A DNA stretch of 64,000 bases from Macrostomum hystrix (GCA_950097015.1 CATNEN010000039.1:12710001-12774000); one strand, 5' to 3'. Positions 22,604 through 35,085 are shown, counted from the stretch's first letter. Notes: generated from the letters alone by a model not told the origin. Made by a program: numbers and translations.

Positions 22604-24979
22604 ATGAAAGCTACTGGTAATTCGCCAACTTCCGAAAGTTCCTACGAGAAGTCACAGCGACGGTTGAAAACACCGACTGGGCTATCTGCCGACGAACGTG
22701 CTCGACCAACATCTCGCCCAGGTCTGCCACCATCAATCCGACGCACCAGCCGCCCGTCCAGGTCGCCGATCAAGAGGATCCAAGTCCTAGATCACCCAGC
22801 AGCAGCCTCCGGTGACTCCACTGACGCCACACCTGCAGGTCAAGAAGGTCAAAGGTTAGAAAAGCCAACATATACTGCCACACCTGACAATAGATTCGAC
22901 ATGCCTACTGAGGATGTTGATCTCGATGCCCAGCCGACAACACTGCCAAAGCCTGCCGTCGATATCGATGGCCAAGTCGTCCTGCCGCAACAGCCAGACA
23001 CCTCTGAAAGGGAGGAATTCGAACCCGAGTTAGATGCTCTACTAGCCTACCTACCTAACATGCTAAAGGACAAAGCTGACCAAATCTATCATCGCCTAAT
23101 GACTGACGTAGCCCCACTCGCCAAGCGCATTCATGCCAACCGATCCGTCTACTGGGTGGGCCCAGCCTACCGCTACAAAGGAGCCACTCTACCTGAGAAC
23201 AACAACTGGCATGGCCTAATCGCTGAAATTGGCGAATTTCTACATCAAAAAGCTGACCTTGGCCTACCTAAATTCAACAGCTGCATAGTCAACATCTACC
23301 ACGATGCCAAAGACTTCATCCCGTACCATGCAGATGACGAGCCAGAACTAGGCGAAGACCCCATTATCGCGACAGTCTCCTTTGGCGCTGTCCGAAATTT
23401 TCAGCTCAAATCTAAAGGCTCAAAAAGACTACTACTATCCCTGCCTACTCTACCGGGATCACTAATAACGATGGTGGGAGCCTGCCAACGCAAACTACTT
23501 CACCGCATCGAACAAGGCAAGCGATCTGATAATCAGGCTCGGATTTCACTTACCTACCGAGTCACTGGCTGCCTGAGTGATGTCGGAAGCGCTGGCCACA
23601 ACAACGGCAACGAGACGAGACCTAGCACGACAGCGGCACCGGCCCTGATGAGAGCGACGACATCGGCGGCGGCGGCGGCGGCGGCGTCAGCATCTGCAGC
23701 ATCATGGGGTCCTGTGACGGCAGCCTCCTACGCAAGCATAGCAGCAAAAAATCGGCCAAGAAGACCTCCAGCTCCTATCAAGCCAGTGGTCTTCGAGACC
23801 TGCCGTGAAGGAGCCGAGAATCATATCAGCTTCCTGGAATGGCTACGCGACAACTTTGGCGGTCTAGCCAGAGCCACCGACACCAAGCCGCTGACGCACT
23901 CATACGGCTATGTTGTGTTCCCAGCGACTGAAAAGGACCACAACATCTTCCTTCACGAGCCTCTACGCGTCACTGAATTCTTCGGTGAAGCGATTCTGAG
24001 ACGCCAAGCTCGAACACGACCACTCGATGATCGCCGACCAGCCGACTTCGGCAAAGACATCATCATCAGACGCCCTACGGCCAACTTCGTCATCACCAAT
24101 GTCCCATCATCCGTCACCGAAGCCCAGCTCCTCTGCCTGCTCAAAGACCAACTTGGGCTGAAGATCAAGTCCGTCAAACGGATCATCTCCAGAGCAACTG
24201 GGCAATCGACTACCATGTTCCGTGCCTTTGCAGAAAACCAGGAAACTGCAGAGTTCTGCATAAAAAACGGAATCGATGCTGACTTCTGCACCTTTCCATG
24301 CGAGGCCAGCAGATCCGAAGAGCCTGCCTTTGCAGTCCAATGCCGCAACTGCCAATCCTTCGGCCACAGGACTCAAGCGTGCAACCAAGCCAGGCGCTGC
24401 CGAATCTGCGGCCAAGACCATGAATGGGAAGACTGCACAGAACAGCTAGCCACCTGTGCCAACTGCGGAGGCAACCACAGGACCACATCGCGCTTCTGTC
24501 CACATGCAGCTGAACAGCATCGTGCCGCTACAGCCAAGGTTGCGCAAATTCGCCAACAGCAACAACCACAGCAAACTGCCACTGAGTCGGGAGCCGCTGC
24601 CGCCGCTGCCACCGCTGCCGCCGCTGCCGCCACCGACAACTCCACCAACGACGCCAATGACGAGCACTGGCTTCACCCCCCTCATCAGCCCAGAGCGATC
24701 CCAGCGGTCGTCGAATCGAGCGCCATGTTGGCTGCAACGCCGGCGACCTCTGTGGCATCGATCTGCGGAAAAGTGAGTGCAAATGTAAACGCGAACCCTG
24801 AAGCACTGTTAGGCAATCTACTGCCCCTACTTATCCGTGTATTAGTCCAAGTGCTAATGGCAGTCCTGGTCCGACCGGATGGGAGCGCACCCAGCGCGGA
24901 CTCGATCAGTCAAACGGTCGAAGAAACGCTGCGCAATGTGCTTCCCAGTCTGGGCGGTCTGGGGGCCAAAAGCACTTGA
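22604..24979 (+). CDS. LINE ORF1 (AlkB + CCHC gag), copy 2
   Basis: Identical protein to 12007-14382. Confidence 0.92.
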   Translation: MKATGNSPTSESSYEKSQRRLKTPTGLSADERARPTSRPGLPPSIRRTSRPSRSPIKRIQVLDHPAAASGDSTDATPAGQEGQRLEKPTYTATPDNRFDMPTEDVDLDAQPTTLPKPAVDIDGQVVLPQQPDTSEREEFEPELDALLAYLPNMLKDKADQIYHRLMTDVAPLAKRIHANRSVYWVGPAYRYKGATLPENNNWHGLIAEIGEFLHQKADLGLPKFNSCIVNIYHDAKDFIPYHADDEPELGEDPIIATVSFGAVRNFQLKSKGSKRLLLSLPTLPGSLITMVGACQRKLLHRIEQGKRSDNQARISLTYRVTGCLSDVGSAGHNNGNETRPSTTAAPALMRATTSAAAAAAASASAASWGPVTAASYASIAAKNRPRRPPAPIKPVVFETCREGAENHISFLEWLRDNFGGLARATDTKPLTHSYGYVVFPATEKDHNIFLHEPLRVTEFFGEAILRRQARTRPLDDRRPADFGKDIIIRRPTANFVITNVPSSVTEAQLLCLLKDQLGLKIKSVKRIISRATGQSTTMFRAFAENQETAEFCIKNGIDADFCTFPCEASRSEEPAFAVQCRNCQSFGHRTQACNQARRCRICGQDHEWEDCTEQLATCANCGGNHRTTSRFCPHAAEQHRAATAKVAQIRQQQQPQQTATESGAAAAAATAAAAAATDNSTNDANDEHWLHPPHQPRAIPAVVESSAMLAATPATSVASICGKVSANVNANPEALLGNLLPLLIRVLVQVLMAVLVRPDGSAPSADSISQTVEETLRNVLPSLGGLGAKST

Positions 24980-25035
24980 GACTGTGAACAATTAGATTCA
25001 GTGATCAAAATTCAAATTCTAAACCTAGGACAAAT

Positions 25036-27900
25036 ATGGGTCAAAACCTGAATCCAAACCCAAATCAAAACTCAAACCCAAACTTCGCTTCGTGTCCAGG
25101 CAACAGTCTCAAAATTGTCCACCTAAACTGCAGAGGTTTCATGCCCAAAATCAGAGAAATTAAACAGTGGTTAGCTGAGGAAAAATTTGACATCGCACTC
25201 TTCTCAGAGACCCTTCTAAAAAGCTCGCATGTAACCCAAATCCCAGGTTACTCCATCATCAGATTTGATCAACCCCACGCTAAAAGAGGTCTTCTCATGG
25301 CACACTCTCCTCGAGTAAAAATTTTAAATGTCAAGTTTCTTTATCAAAACTCGCATGAAATAATATCTGGGCTTGTTGAATCATCTGATGATTCCTCACC
25401 AGCTTTCAACATTCATCTGGTTTATCGATCACCTAAACCCGATCAGCTTGATATCTCCCTGCTCTCCAGCCTCATGTCAACAAGCAGACGCTCACTCCTT
25501 CTTGGAGACTTAAACGCGAGGCACCACTTCCTGGGTGGACAAAGCCAGATCAACCAAGCAGGCAAACAACTATATGAATGGCTGTCCGAAGACCCAGACC
25601 CACCGATTGTGTTAAACACGCCAGGAGACTTTACCCGTATTGCCCACAAAAAGGGGACAGTCTCTCGAAATGTCCTAGACCTCGGACTCGCTACCAGCCC
25701 CATGCTAAATTCTGTTCGTGACTTCTATGTTGGGAAGGATCTGAACAGTGATCATCTTCCCATCATGACTATTCTTGATTCAAATAGTCGAGCTTGGACC
25801 GGTCCAGAAAAAAGGAAAAACTTTGAAAAAACTGACTGGAACAAATTTCACCAGCATCTCTACAACTGTCTACAAACTTCTGTACAAAATAGCCTATCAT
25901 CAGAGGCTGAAATTGATGCAGAAGTTGAAATAATCACAAACGCAATAAACCAGGCAGTCCAAGAAACAGTGCCAGATGTCAAACCTCAGCAACCACTGCC
26001 ACCATTTATTATAATAAAAATCAAAGAACGCCGAAGACTGCGTCGCCTGTTTCACACCACTAGATGTGATCAATACAGGAAGGATGCAAATAAATTAGCA
26101 AACGACATCAAACGCGACATTTCTGATTTCCAAAACAACAAATTCACAAAAATCTGCGACAACATTGTTGAAAAAAGCAAAACTCACAAAGTAAAAAATT
26201 TCTGGCATGACGCCAAATCACTCATGGGAAAAAGAAAAGCCTCAAACATCCCCTCCCTGTCTGTGGGATCCCAATATGCCCACACAGATCAGGATAAGGC
26301 CGAGCTCCTGGCTGACACTCTTGATTCCAAGATGAAGCCTATTCCCTCCACAAACCCCAACATCACTGCACAGGTTACGCAAACTGCCAAACTTCCCCTT
26401 TTTCGGCCTATTCCGCCAAGCTCTTCCAAACCTAACGACATCCTCGAAGTTGAATTCACTGTCATGGACACTGTCTGGGAACTCGCACACCTCCGAGAAG
26501 ATGGAGCGCCAGGTCTGGATAAAATCCCAAACTGTGTCCTCAAACATGGCCTAGAAGCCTTGGCCATAAACCGCATCACCTCTCTATTCAATGCATGCTT
26601 CCAACAAGGCATCTTCCCAACAGCATGGAAAAAAGCTGTTGTCACAATGATCCCAAAACCTGATAAGCCCCCTGAATTTCCAAACTCGTACAGACCGATT
26701 AGCCTTACCTCCTGCCTTGGCAAGGTGTTTGAAAAATTACTTGCTAAAAGACTAACAAAATTCTTAGAAAAATTTCAAATACTTGGCGAAGACCAATGTG
26801 CCTACAGAAGAGTGCACTCTACCTATGATAACCTCTGCAGAGTAGTTCAAGACGTGATGAACTGCAAATGCAAATCAAAAAGACTCATAGCAATTTTCTT
26901 AGACATTGAAGCTGCCTTTGACTCAGCCTGGCACGATATGATCAGACAAATGATGCTAAACATCAGGCTTCCAAATATGCTGACCCGAATTTTTTCAAAC
27001 TACCTTGACAGTAGAGAAATTCAAGTCAGAGTAAATGGCAAACTCAGCAGAATTCGAAAAATCCAAGCAGGAGTGCCGCAGGGAGGTATCCTCAGTCCTC
27101 TTCTTTATCTGCTCTATGTTAGCACTATGCCAGCACCTCCACATCCAAACCTAAAAAGAAGCCAGTTTGCGGATGACATGGCAATCTGGGCTATTGCGGA
27201 CACCTTTAATGGTATTAAACTTCTCATCCAACCTTACCTAGATAGGGTTGTCAACTGGTGTGGTGAACACGGAATTAAACTCAATGCATCCAAAAGCGCA
27301 GCCATCGCTTTCAATTACACTCCACCAAATCACGTAGATCTTAGACCTGCCTTAAAAGTGGGTAATATCCGCATTCCCTATAACACCACGATTCGCTTCT
27401 TAGGGATTATACTGGATCAAAAATTGAACCTAAATGCCCACATTGACAAAATGGTTGCAACCTGCAGAGCCATCATCATGTCTCTTCGCCGAATTTCCAA
27501 ACTGACTAAATTGAGCAGTGTCAAACTCAAACTACTATATCGAGCATACGCCGAAAGTGCTCTTACCTATGGAGCACCCATCCTTAACATCATAACTCTG
27601 CGAAACCTTGAAAGGCTCCAGAAACTGCAAAACCTCGCCCTGAGAATCTGTTATGACGCACCCAGCTATACAAAAATCAGCTACTTGCATGACATGGCAT
27701 GCATGCCCATGATTGCGGATCGAATCCGATCCCTTTCAGTTAGCTGGCTGGCCAAAGTCAAAAAAGCAAAACTCCACGGCTTTCATGTTCCCCCACTTCC
27801 CCCAAACACAAACAGACTTGTTCCAATGCCCATTCTAAATGTCCTAGAATCCGCACTGCAACGTCGCGTTGCAAATAGAGCACCACAAAACAGTTTGTGA
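25036..27900 (+). CDS. LINE ORF2 (APE + RT), copy 2
   Basis: Identical protein to 14439-17303. Confidence 0.97.
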   Translation: MGQNLNPNPNQNSNPNFASCPGNSLKIVHLNCRGFMPKIREIKQWLAEEKFDIALFSETLLKSSHVTQIPGYSIIRFDQPHAKRGLLMAHSPRVKILNVKFLYQNSHEIISGLVESSDDSSPAFNIHLVYRSPKPDQLDISLLSSLMSTSRRSLLLGDLNARHHFLGGQSQINQAGKQLYEWLSEDPDPPIVLNTPGDFTRIAHKKGTVSRNVLDLGLATSPMLNSVRDFYVGKDLNSDHLPIMTILDSNSRAWTGPEKRKNFEKTDWNKFHQHLYNCLQTSVQNSLSSEAEIDAEVEIITNAINQAVQETVPDVKPQQPLPPFIIIKIKERRRLRRLFHTTRCDQYRKDANKLANDIKRDISDFQNNKFTKICDNIVEKSKTHKVKNFWHDAKSLMGKRKASNIPSLSVGSQYAHTDQDKAELLADTLDSKMKPIPSTNPNITAQVTQTAKLPLFRPIPPSSSKPNDILEVEFTVMDTVWELAHLREDGAPGLDKIPNCVLKHGLEALAINRITSLFNACFQQGIFPTAWKKAVVTMIPKPDKPPEFPNSYRPISLTSCLGKVFEKLLAKRLTKFLEKFQILGEDQCAYRRVHSTYDNLCRVVQDVMNCKCKSKRLIAIFLDIEAAFDSAWHDMIRQMMLNIRLPNMLTRIFSNYLDSREIQVRVNGKLSRIRKIQAGVPQGGILSPLLYLLYVSTMPAPPHPNLKRSQFADDMAIWAIADTFNGIKLLIQPYLDRVVNWCGEHGIKLNASKSAAIAFNYTPPNHVDLRPALKVGNIRIPYNTTIRFLGIILDQKLNLNAHIDKMVATCRAIIMSLRRISKLTKLSSVKLKLLYRAYAESALTYGAPILNIITLRNLERLQKLQNLALRICYDAPSYTKISYLHDMACMPMIADRIRSLSVSWLAKVKKAKLHGFHVPPLPPNTNRLVPMPILNVLESALQRRVANRAPQNSL

Positions 27901-29526
27901 TGCTAGGTTGCCATGGTTTCAATCCCACCAGTTATACCTTACCAAAAGTCCTGTTCCATACCAACTAACTAAATAGCCAGTTGGCTAAGATGCTTATCCC
28001 CAACCTGAATGGTCCCAGCTTCTTACCCACTTAGCAAATTATCTGTTCTCCCATTTCTTTTGTCTCTTAAATGAACTATACTAAACGACCAAACCTCCAA
28101 CAACTAGAATTTTACGAAAGCAATATACTATCTAATAAGCCTGAGTAGGTAGGGGCAGTAGAGCGCAGCCATACACACCGAAAGTCAATATTTGTTTCTA
28201 GTAAATTGTATTTCTTCTCTTCATAACAACGACTGTACTTATCTTTTAGCCATTTTTATGCATGCGCTTAAACTCGAGATTAAAACCACTGCGTTTTTTT
28301 TAAACTCACAACCTTGTTTTTATCACTAACCTGCCACAAAATATTTTTGCTGATTATTCCCCCACCCTGACTCGCGTCTGAAATCATCTAAATTCAATAA
28401 TCTTTCAAATGCTTTGTAACCTCAATACTCGTATTCTGAAATTCTAAACTTTTGTCTCAAACCCAAATATGCTAAATATTTCGTGCACTTTTACACCCAT
28501 AACCAATAAACTCTCCAAATAATGTCAACTGTAACATTTATATAACGAATGTACATATTACTCTATCTAACCAATCATGTGAAATTGTACCTTTAAAAAC
28601 GTGATAGACACGATACTGTTATACTCTCCACATTCTGCATGATTCAGCAATAAAAAACACACAGACAACAAGTCACCCACCTCAATGGCGCAACTAAACA
28701 TCTGCCACCTTATTACAATCATCTCAATGTAACCTTAGGCTCTCAATAACAACAACCACCCCAGTCCTAAACAGGAGGGCCCGCAAATCATAATATTGCA
28801 CAGTAATCTTGGATGATCTCACCCAAACCACTCAAATTTAGACAAATATTCATTCCGATGATTCCGACTACTCACAGTAGCACGTTCCTCATTTCTTATT
28901 TAGAAAAACAATAAAATCAAAACTCAAAATTCTGTATATAATAAAATTCTATGCCGCTCTGCGTTTTAAATCTCCCCATTTTATTCTGACCCTGTCTTTG
29001 TGGGGGCTTCTCCCGTTTTATTTCCCTTGCTTACTGTATGACAGATCGGCGCATATACTACTCGATTCTGCTTTATATTCGACATACAAATAATCAAACA
29101 AAAATATAAATCGTCAGCAGTAGAGTGCTCCGGCACTGAGCTGCAGCCCTTTCGGCAATATCGTTTTACTACTACTCAGTCGGTCTCTTACTGCGAAGAC
29201 TCTCTTTTTTGCATGGTAAGACACCGTGCGGATCCAATTGAGCGATCTGCTGTATTTTTGACAAGCCGCACCCAGACTGCGGCTGCCTAATAAAACTAAT
29301 AAAATACAAAAGCTAGTGGTGCCTGCCGTAGAAAAGTACACAAATTTGCAAACTTGATAAAGCAATTCGCTGCATGATTACTCTTTCATTGGTTGCTTGC
29401 AATTCTTATAGTTGCCAATCAAAAATATATTGTTTTCAAAGATTGACTGATTGATTTGTCCAACCAATATTACAATATACTCGACTGAATTGAGTATATA
29501 TGCCAGTTTGGCCGCTTCCAGCCAGT

Positions 29527-29646
29527 GGCAACGGCCATACCACGTTGAAAACACCGGTTCTCGTCCGATCACCGAAGTTAAGCAACGTTGGGTTTGGTTA
29601 GTACTTGGATGGGTGACCGCCTGGGAATACCAAATGCTGTTGTCTT
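29527..29646 (+). rRNA. 5S rRNA: 5S rRNA gene
   Basis: Copy of 908-1027. Confidence 0.97.
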
Positions 29647-30094
29647 TTTTGCCTTTCTACCATGCAATTAACTAAAACCACAGACAGCACAGGTCTGGCC
29701 TGGCCTAGCCAGGCCTCATTATTCAATTAAATAAATTGCGTCGGCTTTATTACAATTTACATTTTACACCAACCGCGAGACTGCATTATGCAATCATTCT
29801 CAATCTACATCTATAGATGTAAAAAATGCACAACAGCATCGATTGATCGATACCTGAGCGAGCCAGCTTATACTAATTTGGTTGCAGTTTGATCTAAATT
29901 TCTCTGTTGATCTTGGCTTTTTCCAAACATATCGGCCTGCAAGTACAAAATTACTAGGTGCATAATTTTTGCCTGCTCTCCCCGGCATCGAGTACTTGCA
30001 GTAAGGTAACCTTGGCCGATACTAAAATGCCTTCGGGACGCCCTAGCTAAAACAATAGTTAATTGGCGAGGCGAAATTTGATTATCGAACCTTT

Positions 30095-30210
30095 GCCGAA
30101 TTCAGTCGGTCTCTTACTGCGAAGACTCTCTTTTTTGCATGGTAAGACACCGTGCGGATCCAATTGAGCGATCTGCTGTATTTTTGACAAGCCGCACCCA
30201 GACTGCGGCT
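30095..30210 (+). ncRNA. SL RNA: SL RNA gene
   Basis: Copy of 550-665. Confidence 0.9.
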
Positions 30211-30452
30211 GCCTAATAAAACTAATAAAATACAAAAGCTAGTGGTGCCTGCCGTAGAAAAGTACACAAATTTGCAAACTTGATAAAGCAATTCGCTGCA
30301 TGATTACTCTTTCATTGGTTGCTTGCAATTCTTATAGTTGCCAATCAAAAATATATTGTTTTCAAAGATTGACTGATTGATTTGTCCAACCAATATTACA
30401 ATATACTCGACTGAATTGAGTATATATGCCAGTTTGGCCGCTTCCAGCCAGT

Positions 30453-30572
30453 GGCAACGGCCATACCACGTTGAAAACACCGGTTCTCGTCCGATCACCG
30501 AAGTTAAGCAACGTTGGGTTTGGTTAGTACTTGGATGGGTGACCGCCTGGGAATACCAAATGCTGTTGTCTT
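30453..30572 (+). rRNA. 5S rRNA: 5S rRNA gene
   Basis: Copy of 908-1027. Confidence 0.97.
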
Positions 30573-31021
30573 TTTTGCCTTTTCTACCATGCAATTAACT
30601 AAAACCACAGACAGCACAGGTCTGGCCTGGCCTAGCCGGGCCTCATTATTCAATTAAATAAATTGCGTCGGTTTTATTACAATTTACATTTTACACCAAC
30701 CGCGAGACTGCATTATGCAATCATTCTCAATCTACATCTATAGATGTAAAAAATGCACAACAGCATCGATTGATCGATACCTGAGCGAGCCAGCTTATAC
30801 TAATTTGGTTGCAGTTTGATCTAAATTTCTCTGTTGATCTTGGCTTTTTCCAAACATATCGGCCTGCAAGTACAAAATTACTAGGTGCATAATTTTTGCC
30901 TGCTCTCCCCGGCATCGAGTACTTGCAGTAAGGTAACCTTGGCCGATACTAAAATGCCTTCGGGACGCCCTAGCTAAAACAATAGTTAATTGGCGAGGCG
31001 AAATTTGATTATCGAACCTTT

Positions 31022-31137
31022 GCCGAATTCAGTCGGTCTCTTACTGCGAAGACTCTCTTTTTTGCATGGTAAGACACCGTGCGGATCCAATTGAGCGATC
31101 TGCTGTATTTTTGACAAGCCGCACCCAGACTGCGGCT
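31022..31137 (+). ncRNA. SL RNA: SL RNA gene
   Basis: Copy of 550-665. Confidence 0.9.
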
Positions 31138-31379
31138 GCCTAATAAAACTAATAAAATACAAAAGCTAGTGGTGCCTGCCGTAGAAAAGTACACAAATTT
31201 GCAAACTTGATAAAGCAATTCGCTGCATGATTACTCTTTCATTGGTTGCTTGCAATTCTTATAGTTGCCAATCAAAAATATATTGTTTTCAAAGATTGAC
31301 TGATTGATTTGTCCAACCAATATTACAATATACTCGACTGAATTGAGTATATATGCCAGTTTGGCCGCTTCCAGCCAGT

Positions 31380-31499
31380 GGCAACGGCCATACCACGTTG
31401 AAAACACCGGTTCTCGTCCGATCACCGAAGTTAAGCAACGTTGGGTTTGGTTAGTACTTGGATGGGTGACCGCCTGGGAATACCAAATGCTGTTGTCTT
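31380..31499 (+). rRNA. 5S rRNA: 5S rRNA gene
   Basis: Copy of 908-1027. Confidence 0.97.
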
Positions 31500-31947
31500 T
31501 TTTGCCTTTCTACCATGCAATTAACTAAAACCACAGACAGCACAGGTCTGGCCTGGCCTAGCCGGGCCTCATTATTCAATTAAATAAATTGCGTCGGTTT
31601 TATTACAATTTACATTTTACACCAACTGCGAGACTGCATTATGCAATCATTCTCAATCTACATCTATAGATGTAAAAAATGCACAACAGCATCGATTGAT
31701 CGATACCTGAGCGAGCCAGCTTATACTAATTTGGTTGCAGTTTGATCTAAATTTCTCTGTTGATCTTGGCTTTTTCCAAACATATCGGCCTGCAAGTACA
31801 AAATTACTAGGTGCATAATTTTTGCATGCTCTCCCCGGCATCGAGTACTTGCAGTAAGGTACCCTTGGCCGATACTAAAATGCCTTCGGGACGCCCTAGC
31901 AAAAACAATAGTTAATTGGCGAGGCGAAATTTGATTATCGAACCTTT

Positions 31948-32063
31948 GCCGAATTCAGTCGGTCTCTTACTGCGAAGACTCTCTTTTTTGCATGGTAAGA
32001 CACCGTGCGGATCCAATTGAGCGATCTGCTGTATTTTTGACAAGCCGCACCCAGACTGCGGCT
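31948..32063 (+). ncRNA. SL RNA: SL RNA gene
   Basis: Copy of 550-665. Confidence 0.9.
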
Positions 32064-32305
32064 GCCTAATAAAACTAATAAAATACAAAAGCTAGTGGTG
32101 CCTGCCGTAGAAAAGTACACAAATTTGCAAACTTGATAAAGCAATTCGCTGCATGATTACTCTTTCATTGGTTGCTTGCAATTCTTATAGTTGCCAATCA
32201 AAAATATATTGTTTTCAAAGATTGACTGATTGATTTGTCCAACCAATATTACAATATACTCGACTGAATTGAGTATATATGCCAGTTTGGCCGCTTCCAG
32301 CCAGT

Positions 32306-32425
32306 GGCAACGGCCATACCACGTTGAAAACACCGGTTCTCGTCCGATCACCGAAGTTAAGCAACGTTGGGTTTGGTTAGTACTTGGATGGGTGACCGCC
32401 TGGGAATACCAAATGCTGTTGTCTT
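32306..32425 (+). rRNA. 5S rRNA: 5S rRNA gene
   Basis: Copy of 908-1027. Confidence 0.97.
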
Positions 32426-32874
32426 TTTTGCCTTTTCTACCATGCAATTAACTAAAACCACAGACAGCACAGGTCTGGCCTGGCCTAGCCGGGCCTCATT
32501 ATTCAATTAAATAAATTGCGTCGGTTTTATTACAATTTACATTTTACACCAACCGCGAGACTGCATTATGCAATCATTCTCAATCTACATCTATAGATGT
32601 AAAAAATGCACAACAGCATCGATTGATCGATACCTGAGCGAGCCAGCTTATACTAATTTGGTTGCAGTTTGATCTAAATTTCTCTGTTGATCTTGGCTTT
32701 TTCCAAACATATCGGCCTGCAAGTACAAAATTACTAGGTGCATAATTTTTGCCTGCTCTCCCCGGCATCGAGTACTTGCAGTAAGGTAACCTTGGCCGAT
32801 ACTAAAATGCCTTCGGGACGCCCTAGCTAAAACAATAGTTAATTGGCGAGGCGAAATTTGATTATCGAACCTTT

Positions 32875-32990
32875 GCCGAATTCAGTCGGTCTCTTACTGC
32901 GAAGACTCTCTTTTTTGCATGGTAAGACACCGTGCGGATCCAATTGAGCGATCTGCTGTATTTTTGACAAGCCGCACCCAGACTGCGGCT
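32875..32990 (+). ncRNA. SL RNA: SL RNA gene
   Basis: Copy of 550-665. Confidence 0.9.
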
Positions 32991-33232
32991 GCCTAATAAA
33001 ACTAATAAAATACAAAAGCTAGTGGTGCCTGCCGTAGAAAAGTACACAAATTTGCAAACTTGATAAAGCAATTCGCTGCATGATTACTCTTTCATTGGTT
33101 GCTTGCAATTCTTATAGTTGCCAATCAAAAATATATTGTTTTCAAAGATTGACTGATTGATTTGTCCAACCAATATTACAATATACTCGACTGAATTGAG
33201 TATATATGCCAGTTTGGCCGCTTCCAGCCAGT

Positions 33233-33352
33233 GGCAACGGCCATACCACGTTGAAAACACCGGTTCTCGTCCGATCACCGAAGTTAAGCAACGTTGGGTT
33301 TGGTTAGTACTTGGATGGGTGACCGCCTGGGAATACCAAATGCTGTTGTCTT
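33233..33352 (+). rRNA. 5S rRNA: 5S rRNA gene
   Basis: Copy of 908-1027. Confidence 0.97.
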
Positions 33353-33800
33353 TTTTGCCTTTCTACCATGCAATTAACTAAAACCACAGACAGCACAGGT
33401 CTGGCCTGGCCTAGCCGGGCCTCATTATTCAATTAAATAAATTGCGTCGGTTTTATTACAATTTACATTTTACACCAACCGCGAGACTGCATTATGCAAT
33501 CATTCTCAATCTACATCTATAGATGTAAAAAATGCACAACAGCATCGATTGATCGATACCTGAGCGAGCCAGCTTATACTAATTTGGTTGCAGTTTGATC
33601 TAAATTTCTCTGTTGATCTTGGCTTTTTCCAAACATATCGGCCTGCAAGTACAAAATTACTAGGTGCATAATTTTTGCCTGCTCTCCCCGGCATCGAGTA
33701 CTTGCAGTAAGGTAACCTTGGCCGATACTAAAATGCCTTCGGGACGCCCTAGCTAAAACAATAGTTAATTGGCGAGGCGAAATTTGATTATCGAACCTTT

Positions 33801-33916
33801 GCCGAATTCAGTCGGTCTCTTACTGCGAAGACTCTCTTTTTTGCATGGTAAGACACCGTGCGGATCCAATTGAGCGATCTGCTGTATTTTTGACAAGCCG
33901 CACCCAGACTGCGGCT
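33801..33916 (+). ncRNA. SL RNA: SL RNA gene
   Basis: Copy of 550-665. Confidence 0.9.
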
Positions 33917-34158
33917 GCCTAATAAAACTAATAAAATACAAAAGCTAGTGGTGCCTGCCGTAGAAAAGTACACAAATTTGCAAACTTGATAAAGCAATTC
34001 GCTGCATGATTACTCTTTCATTGGTTGCTTGCAATTCTTATAGTTGCCAATCAAAAATATATTGTTTTCAAAGATTGACTGATTGATTTGTCCAACCAAT
34101 ATTACAATATACTCGACTGAATTGAGTATATATGCCAGTTTGGCCGCTTCCAGCCAGT

Positions 34159-34278
34159 GGCAACGGCCATACCACGTTGAAAACACCGGTTCTCGTCCGA
34201 TCACCGAAGTTAAGCAACGTTGGGTTTGGTTAGTACTTGGATGGGTGACCGCCTGGGAATACCAAATGCTGTTGTCTT
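34159..34278 (+). rRNA. 5S rRNA: 5S rRNA gene
   Basis: Copy of 908-1027. Confidence 0.97.
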
Positions 34279-34727
34279 TTTTGCCTTTTCTACCATGCAA
34301 TTAACTAAAACCACAGACAGCACAGGTCTGGCCTGGCCTAGCCAGGCCTCATTATTCAATTAAATAAATTGCGTCGGTTTTATTACAATTTACATTTTAC
34401 ACCAACCGCGAGACTGCATTATGCAATCATTCTCAATCTACATCTATAGATGTAAAAAATGCACAACAGCATCGATTGATCGATACCTGAGCGAGCCAGC
34501 TTATACTAATTTGGTTGCAGTTTGATCTAAATTTCTCTGTTGATCTTGGCTTTTTCCAAACATATCGGCCTGCAAGTACAAAATTACTAGGTGCATAATT
34601 TTTGCATGCTCTCCCCGGCATCGAGTACTTGCAGTAAGGTACCCTTGGCCGATACTAAAATGCCTTCGGGACGCCCTAGCTAAAACAATAGTTAATTGGC
34701 GAGGCGAAATTTGATTATCGAACCTTT

Positions 34728-34843
34728 GCCGAATTCAGTCGGTCTCTTACTGCGAAGACTCCCTTTTTTGCATGGTAAGACACCGTGCGGATCCGATTGA
34801 GCGATCTGCTGTATTTTTGACAAGCCGCACCCAGACTGCGGCT
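34728..34843 (+). ncRNA. SL RNA: SL RNA gene, minor variant
   Basis: Same two substitutions as the 21337 copy. Confidence 0.88.
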
Positions 34844-35085
34844 GCCTAATAAAACTAATAAAATACAAAAGCTAGTGGTGCCTGCCGTAGAAAAGTACAC
34901 AAATTTGCAAACTTGATAAAGCAATTCGCTGCATGATTACTCTTTCATTGGTTGCTTGCAATTCTTATAGTTGCCAATCAAAAATATATTGTTTTCAAAG
35001 ATTGACTGATTGATTTGTCCAACCAATATTACAATATACTCGACTGAATTGAGTATATATGCCAGTTTGGCCGCTTCCAGCCAGT

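Larger units (their letters stand above)
22302..29175 (+). mobile_element. Full-length non-LTR retrotransposon inserted in the SL leader, copy 2
   Basis: Colinear with copy 1 at a constant offset of 10597, identical translated ORFs. TSD (T)CAGTCGGTCTCTTACTGCGAAGACTCTCTT of 30-31 bp (22271-22301 / 29176-29206). Confidence 0.96.
22264..29284 (+). pseudogene. SL RNA gene interrupted by LINE copy 2 (5' part 22264-22301; 3' part 29176-29284)
   Basis: First 38 nt of the leader precede the element; leader nt 8 onward follows it. Confidence 0.9.

Noticed and set aside
11705-29175. The two LINE copies as one insertion duplicated by array recombination
   Set aside because: The TSD lengths and 3' junctions differ, which points to separate insertion events.
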